A stretch of 39,039 bases of DNA from an uncultured Ruminiclostridium sp. (GTDB lineage: Bacteria; Bacillota; Clostridia; DSM-8532): the NCBI GenBank assembly GCA_964586745.1, contig CAZPIS010000001.1:1-39039 (forward strand). Reading direction: 5' to 3'. The notes under the pieces were generated by a model. It did no database searches. It saw nothing but the letters and a program-made list of their open reading frames with translations, and had not been told where the DNA came from. Below, piece by piece: positions 34,530 to 39,039 of this stretch. Within the stretch, counting starts at the first letter, position 1. Each line of letters opens with the position of its first letter. Both the position numbers and the translations under genes were made by a program.

Positions 34530-35747
34530 TTATTCAATAATGGGATGATTAAAAGCTGGTATATTATTAACTAAGCGGATTAGGGTATCCATGCTGTTTA
34601 AGTCCGGATTTTCATATAGACAGAGCCGGATAGTATCAAGCATATCTTTTATTTCTCTTCCGTTAAGCCCCATATTTTTGAGGTCACCGCCGGATATGGC
34701 TGGGATAACAGGTATAATGTCCCTGTTTATATTTTCAGGTAAAACAGATTTATCTCCGTTTATGGATTTGATTAGGTGTAATGCTTTAATTGTGTTAAAA
34801 GTTACATCTGTCCCGAATTCAAAGGCTGCTTTCCTTATATTTCTATGGGATAACGGCCCAATACCGTTAAGACATTTAAGATGATACGATATACCGCGGT
34901 GTGTCTTATTATCATATTTATTGCCGGTCAAATAACTTTCAGCACAAGATAAAGGATCAGATTTGCATGAGAGATAGAATAATAATGATAAGAGGATTAT
35001 TTTCTGATGTTTTGAGCCTATAAATAGCTTAATTATATCACGCCAACTGTTTGGAAGAACTTCTATTTCTGGAAATACTACTTTGCTGAGTCCTGAATCC
35101 CATAGTAAAGAAAGCTTTTGGGGAGCTATGGATTCAAGGATTTTATTTATTTCGGCCTGTATTCTTTCCTTGCTTATATGATTAAGGTCTTTTGATATAT
35201 CATTGATAGCAGCAAAGGTAGTTTTCTCAATATCAAAATTTAATTGTGCTGAAAAGCGGATTGCACGGAGCATTCTTAAGGCATCCTCGGAAAATCGTTC
35301 AAAGGGTTTTCCTACACACCGGATAATTCCGGCGGTTATATCCGAAAGGCCACAGAATGGGTCGAAAATGCCTTCTTTTGGATGATAAGCTATTGCGTTC
35401 ATGGTGAAATCTCTGCGAGCAAGATCCTCCGATAAAGAATTTGCTAAGCAAATGTAGTCAGGACGCCGATGATCACTATAGCCGGTTTCTTTGCGCCAGG
35501 TAGTTACTTCTACGGGTATGCCATCCTGCAAAACTGTAACTGTGCCATGCTTGATTCCGGTATCAATGGTTTTCGAAAACAAGCCTTTTATAACCTCGGG
35601 GCTCGCGTTGGTGGTAATATCCCAATCGGTTGGAACCTTTTTTATGAGGATATCACGAACGCAACCACCTACTACATGAGCGTGAAAACCGCTATTATTG
35701 ATGATTGAAATAATATTGACTATATTTTTGGGTAAACTAAGTTCCAT
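34530..35747 (-). CDS. cca: CCA-adding tRNA nucleotidyltransferase (poly(A) polymerase family)
   Basis: The ATG at 35747 follows the RBS GGAGT. Motifs: HVVGGCVRD, TDWDITT and RRDFTMNA. Confidence 0.87.
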   Translation of the reverse strand: MELSLPKNIVNIISIINNSGFHAHVVGGCVRDILIKKVPTDWDITTNASPEVIKGLFSKTIDTGIKHGTVTVLQDGIPVEVTTWRKETGYSDHRRPDYICLANSLSEDLARRDFTMNAIAYHPKEGIFDPFCGLSDITAGIIRCVGKPFERFSEDALRMLRAIRFSAQLNFDIEKTTFAAINDISKDLNHISKERIQAEINKILESIAPQKLSLLWDSGLSKVVFPEIEVLPNSWRDIIKLFIGSKHQKIILLSLLFYLSCKSDPLSCAESYLTGNKYDNKTHRGISYHLKCLNGIGPLSHRNIRKAAFEFGTDVTFNTIKALHLIKSINGDKSVLPENINRDIIPVIPAISGGDLKNMGLNGREIKDMLDTIRLCLYENPDLNSMDTLIRLVNNIPAFNHPIIE

Positions 35748-36086
35748 AAATATTACTCCAAAATTGCTGCTGGTGAAATAATACAATATATGGTATAAAT
35801 AAATAGGTGTTATGATTATTATACTCGAATCCAGTTAATTATTATAGGTAAAGTTGAATGGTTAGGGCGGATAGCTCTTTTAATTAGATTCTGTTTTTGG
35901 CTTAGGTTAGTCTCCATAAAATATTCGCAAATTCTCTTTAGTTCTTTTGTGAGACGGTTTGGCGGGTTTCACCAAGGATTTGTTTCCGATTTATGTTTGG
36001 AAAAAATGAGCGAAGCAATATTTTAGGACAATTTATTTGAGCGCAGAAATAAAAATAATCGAAAGTATAGACTTCGGAGGTTGAAT

Positions 36087-37766
36087 GTGGCGACAAAGAA
36101 AAAGAATAAACTAAAGGTTATTCCCCTGGGGGGAATGGAAGAAATCGGAAAGAACATGACAGTGTTTGAATACGGAGAAAATATCATCATTGTGGATTGC
36201 GGACTTGCATTTCCTGAAGATGAAATGCTTGGCATAGATCTTGTTATTCCGGATGTTGCTTATTTGGAAAAAAATATTGATAAAGTTCATGCAATTCTGG
36301 TTACTCACGGACATGAGGATCATATAGGGGCAATTCCATATGTATTGAAAAGATTAAATGTTCCGGTATACGGGACTGAGTTGACTATCGGACTAATCGA
36401 AAACAAACTTGCAGAGCATGAATTAAATGAATCTGTGGATCTTCGCAAGGTGAAAGCCGGCCAAACCATACAATTAGGACCTTTTAAAATTGAGTTTATT
36501 CATACCAACCATAGTATTGCTGACTCTGTAGCGATGGCCATTGATACTCCTGTTGGGATGGTATTCCATACAGGTGATTTTAAAATCGATCAAACACCGA
36601 TTGAAGGTGACCCAATTGATTTGCCCCGTATTGCCGAGTTAGGTAAAAAAGGAGTTCTGCTGCTTATTTCAGACAGTACAAATGTGGAAAGACCCGGGTA
36701 CACTATGTCGGAAAAAACAGTGGGAGATACCTTTGATAATATTTTCAGAGGTGCTAAAGGAAGAATTATTGTGGCAAGCTTCGCCTCAAATATCCATCGT
36801 GTTCAGCAGATAATAAATTCGGCGGTTAAGTATGGAAGAAAAGTTGCATTGGTGGGAAGAAGCATGCTGAATGTTGTAAATACAGCTGCAAGACTCGGAT
36901 ACTTATCGATTCCGGCAGATACCATGATTGATATAGACAGAATCAAAAATCTCAATCCGGAGCAGGTTGTTATTATTACTACGGGAAGCCAGGGCGAGCC
37001 GATGTCTGCTTTGGCGCGCATATCTGCGTCTACTCATAAAAAGGTTGTAATAACCGATGGAGACTTAGTTATTATTTCGGCAAATCCTATACCCGGCAAT
37101 GAGAAGTTGGTATATAAGGTTATAGACGATCTCTTTAAGCAAGGTGCGGACGTTATTTATGATACGCTTGCTGAGACTCATGTATCGGGCCACGGCAAAC
37201 AGGAGGAGCTTAAGCTGATGCTGAGCTTAATAAAACCGAAATACTTTATGCCCGGCCATGGAGAATACAGGATGCTTAAGAAGCATGCAAAGCTTGCCAT
37301 GTCACTTGGTATGGATGAGAAAAATATCTTTATCATGGAAAACGGTAAGGTTTTAGAATTGTCGGGAAGAACAGCCAACCTTAATGGCAGTGTTCAATCG
37401 GGCGGAATTCTTGTTGATGGTTTGGGTGTCGGTGATGTGGGCGATGTTGTTTTAAGAGACAGGAAAATTCTTTCTGAAGACGGACTAATGATGGTGATCG
37501 CAACTATGGATAGCAAGGGAAATCTATTAGCAAGTGTTGAGGTTATGTCCAGAGGTTTTGTCTATATGAAAGAATCAGAGGAGCTCATTGATGAAGTAAG
37601 GAATATGGCAAAAGAGGCTATTTTAAAGAGCGTAGTTAAAAAGAACGGAAGCTATTCAGGAATAAAAAATACAATCAAGGATGAATTAAGTAATTTCTTG
37701 TATCGAAGAACAATGAGAAGACCAATGATAATTCCTATTATTGTTGAAATTGAACCCGGAGCCTGA
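36087..37766 (+). CDS. rnj: Ribonuclease J
   Basis: Metallo-beta-lactamase motif THGHEDHIGA, followed by beta-CASP and C-terminal domains, about 555 aa in total. The GTG at 36087 lies 6 nt after GGAGG; the TTG at 36081 abuts the RBS. Confidence 0.94.
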   Translation: MATKKKNKLKVIPLGGMEEIGKNMTVFEYGENIIIVDCGLAFPEDEMLGIDLVIPDVAYLEKNIDKVHAILVTHGHEDHIGAIPYVLKRLNVPVYGTELTIGLIENKLAEHELNESVDLRKVKAGQTIQLGPFKIEFIHTNHSIADSVAMAIDTPVGMVFHTGDFKIDQTPIEGDPIDLPRIAELGKKGVLLLISDSTNVERPGYTMSEKTVGDTFDNIFRGAKGRIIVASFASNIHRVQQIINSAVKYGRKVALVGRSMLNVVNTAARLGYLSIPADTMIDIDRIKNLNPEQVVIITTGSQGEPMSALARISASTHKKVVITDGDLVIISANPIPGNEKLVYKVIDDLFKQGADVIYDTLAETHVSGHGKQEELKLMLSLIKPKYFMPGHGEYRMLKKHAKLAMSLGMDEKNIFIMENGKVLELSGRTANLNGSVQSGGILVDGLGVGDVGDVVLRDRKILSEDGLMMVIATMDSKGNLLASVEVMSRGFVYMKESEELIDEVRNMAKEAILKSVVKKNGSYSGIKNTIKDELSNFLYRRTMRRPMIIPIIVEIEPGA

Positions 37767-37811
37767 ATTTATTTGCTGCTTTAATTTCTACTTATGAAAG
37801 AGGGAATAAAT

Positions 37812-39039
37812 ATGAGTAAATTTTGTAAAAACTGCGGCAGAGAACTCAGCTTGGGAGAAAAGTTTTGCTCGGCTTGTGGGGGAAATGTGCAGGAGCCTCA
37901 AGCTCCGGAAATGAAAGTAGCACACGAAACAATGGACTGCACAACTTCTAAGGTAAATAAAGGCAGACTTCCGCCAAAGAAGCTGGGGATTATTGCTATT
38001 TCTGTAGTTCTTATTTTGGCGCTGGTGATTGCTGTTTTGTCCGGAATCAAAAGAGAATCACGCAATATCGAAGGGGTTTTGGGAGATTTAGAGATCTTTT
38101 CCTTTAGCGAGCGGGATTACCGGTCAAAGCCTAAAAGTATTAAGGTTTCTGAAGAATTACATTCAGCCTCAGCCTATGGAGTGACTATCGATTTTGGTGA
38201 ATATGGTTTAGCTGAGCAGAAGACTCTTGAAGCTAGAAAACTACCTGAAAAAAAAGATAATAAAAATGGTGTAAAGTTAACCGCTTATGATTTTAGTATG
38301 GGAGATAAGGTTGATTTTGAAGATGTTATAACCATTACAATCCCATATGACGGTAAATATGTTGAAGCGGGAGCCGAGGGTGAGTGTGTCGGCGCAAAGT
38401 ATTATAACCAAAGCACAGAGGAGTGGGAAGGGGTTTATTACGAGTTAGACGTTCCCAACGAGCAGGTTATAATATACACCACACACTTATCTACATACGG
38501 AGTTTTCCAAGTTAAAAATGAAAACACTCGCAAAGCATATATTACCGATGTGTATGCATCTGCGAGCCTTTTGAATACCGGAAAATCATTTGAAGTTCTT
38601 AAGGAACTGGCAAATAACGGACGGCCAGGTACAGCAGCATTTGAGGCAGGATTTGAGACCATTAACAGTGTAATAGGCAATACCGGCACAGCAGTAACGG
38701 CTATTACATTGGGAGGACAATATGAAGGAGCACTGGCCGAGACATTGGGAAGCGGAACACAGCATTTGGGGCTTGCCCTTGCAGCTGTGCAGACCTGTTA
38801 TGATTTTACTTATAAGTTTTCTAATGATCAGGAAAAATTAGGCACGCTTAGTAACCTTGTAAAAAACATAGCCAACAACGCCGTCGGGTACTTCGGCTCG
38901 GCAGCCTTGCAGGTAGGTTTTGCCGGTGTAGCTGTGTTTGACTTGATTCTTTCCACCGTACAAAGCGATATGGTGGAACTCAAGCTTGAAAACATCGGGG
39001 ATGTGTATCAATACTACAATGATATTGAGGCGCCTCGTT
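37812..39039 (+). CDS. Zinc-ribbon, single-pass membrane-anchored protein of unknown function; the 3' end lies outside the window
   Basis: This ORF is absent from the supplied track because it has no stop within the window. The ATG at 37812 follows the RBS AGAGGGA. It encodes MSKFCKNCGRELSLGEKFCSACGG (CxxC...CxxC), then a TM helix LGIIAISVVLILALVIAVLSGI, then more than 300 aa of open frame running to the window edge. Confidence 0.6.
   Translation, partial: MSKFCKNCGRELSLGEKFCSACGGNVQEPQAPEMKVAHETMDCTTSKVNKGRLPPKKLGIIAISVVLILALVIAVLSGIKRESRNIEGVLGDLEIFSFSERDYRSKPKSIKVSEELHSASAYGVTIDFGEYGLAEQKTLEARKLPEKKDNKNGVKLTAYDFSMGDKVDFEDVITITIPYDGKYVEAGAEGECVGAKYYNQSTEEWEGVYYELDVPNEQVIIYTTHLSTYGVFQVKNENTRKAYITDVYASASLLNTGKSFEVLKELANNGRPGTAAFEAGFETINSVIGNTGTAVTAITLGGQYEGALAETLGSGTQHLGLALAAVQTCYDFTYKFSNDQEKLGTLSNLVKNIANNAVGYFGSAALQVGFAGVAVFDLILSTVQSDMVELKLENIGDVYQYYNDIEAPR

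Noticed and set aside
1-39039. A search for CRISPR arrays, IS elements, integrases, phage or defence genes, long tandem repeats and rRNA/tRNA genes.
   Set aside because: None was seen. Coding density is high and no intergenic gap exceeds about 350 nt. The island has no flanking direct repeats or mobility genes that I could detect by eye, so I cannot support a claim of horizontal transfer without compositional statistics.

Overview
This is a chromosomal segment whose gene content looks like a low-GC anaerobic Firmicute of the Clostridia type: a multimeric [FeFe] hydrogenase, MurT/GatD, RNase J and class II Fba. I call about 30 protein genes. I saw no rRNA or tRNA genes, no CRISPR array, and no transposase, integrase or phage genes. 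All intergenic gaps are under 350 nt.

The flanks are housekeeping. On the left are hydB (5' partial), hydA, an AEC permease, asnS and chrA. On the right are murT-gatD, polA-coaE, a small orphan ORF, fba, cca, rnj, and a 3'-partial zinc-ribbon membrane protein.

The middle, roughly 7.9-27.1 kb, is an accessory catabolic island with a LacI-family regulator. It contains:
- a PFK-family paralog and a TSUP/TauE-like permease;
- two Zn-dependent MDR dehydrogenases and two extra class II ketose-bisphosphate aldolases;
- an FGGY kinase translationally coupled to a GSA-aminomutase-like class III PLP enzyme;
- a NagA-family deacetylase;
- a NitT/TauT-type ABC importer with two permeases and two non-equivalent ATPases;
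- a divergent triose-phosphate-isomerase paralog and a LarA-like (nickel-pincer family) racemase/epimerase.

I do not recognise this combination as a characterised pathway, so it is my best candidate for an undescribed system, probably catabolism of an N-acetylated amino sugar or amino polyol, or of an anionic carbohydrate. The substrate cannot be deduced from sequence alone. All functional calls rest on motifs read from the translations; no database search was run.
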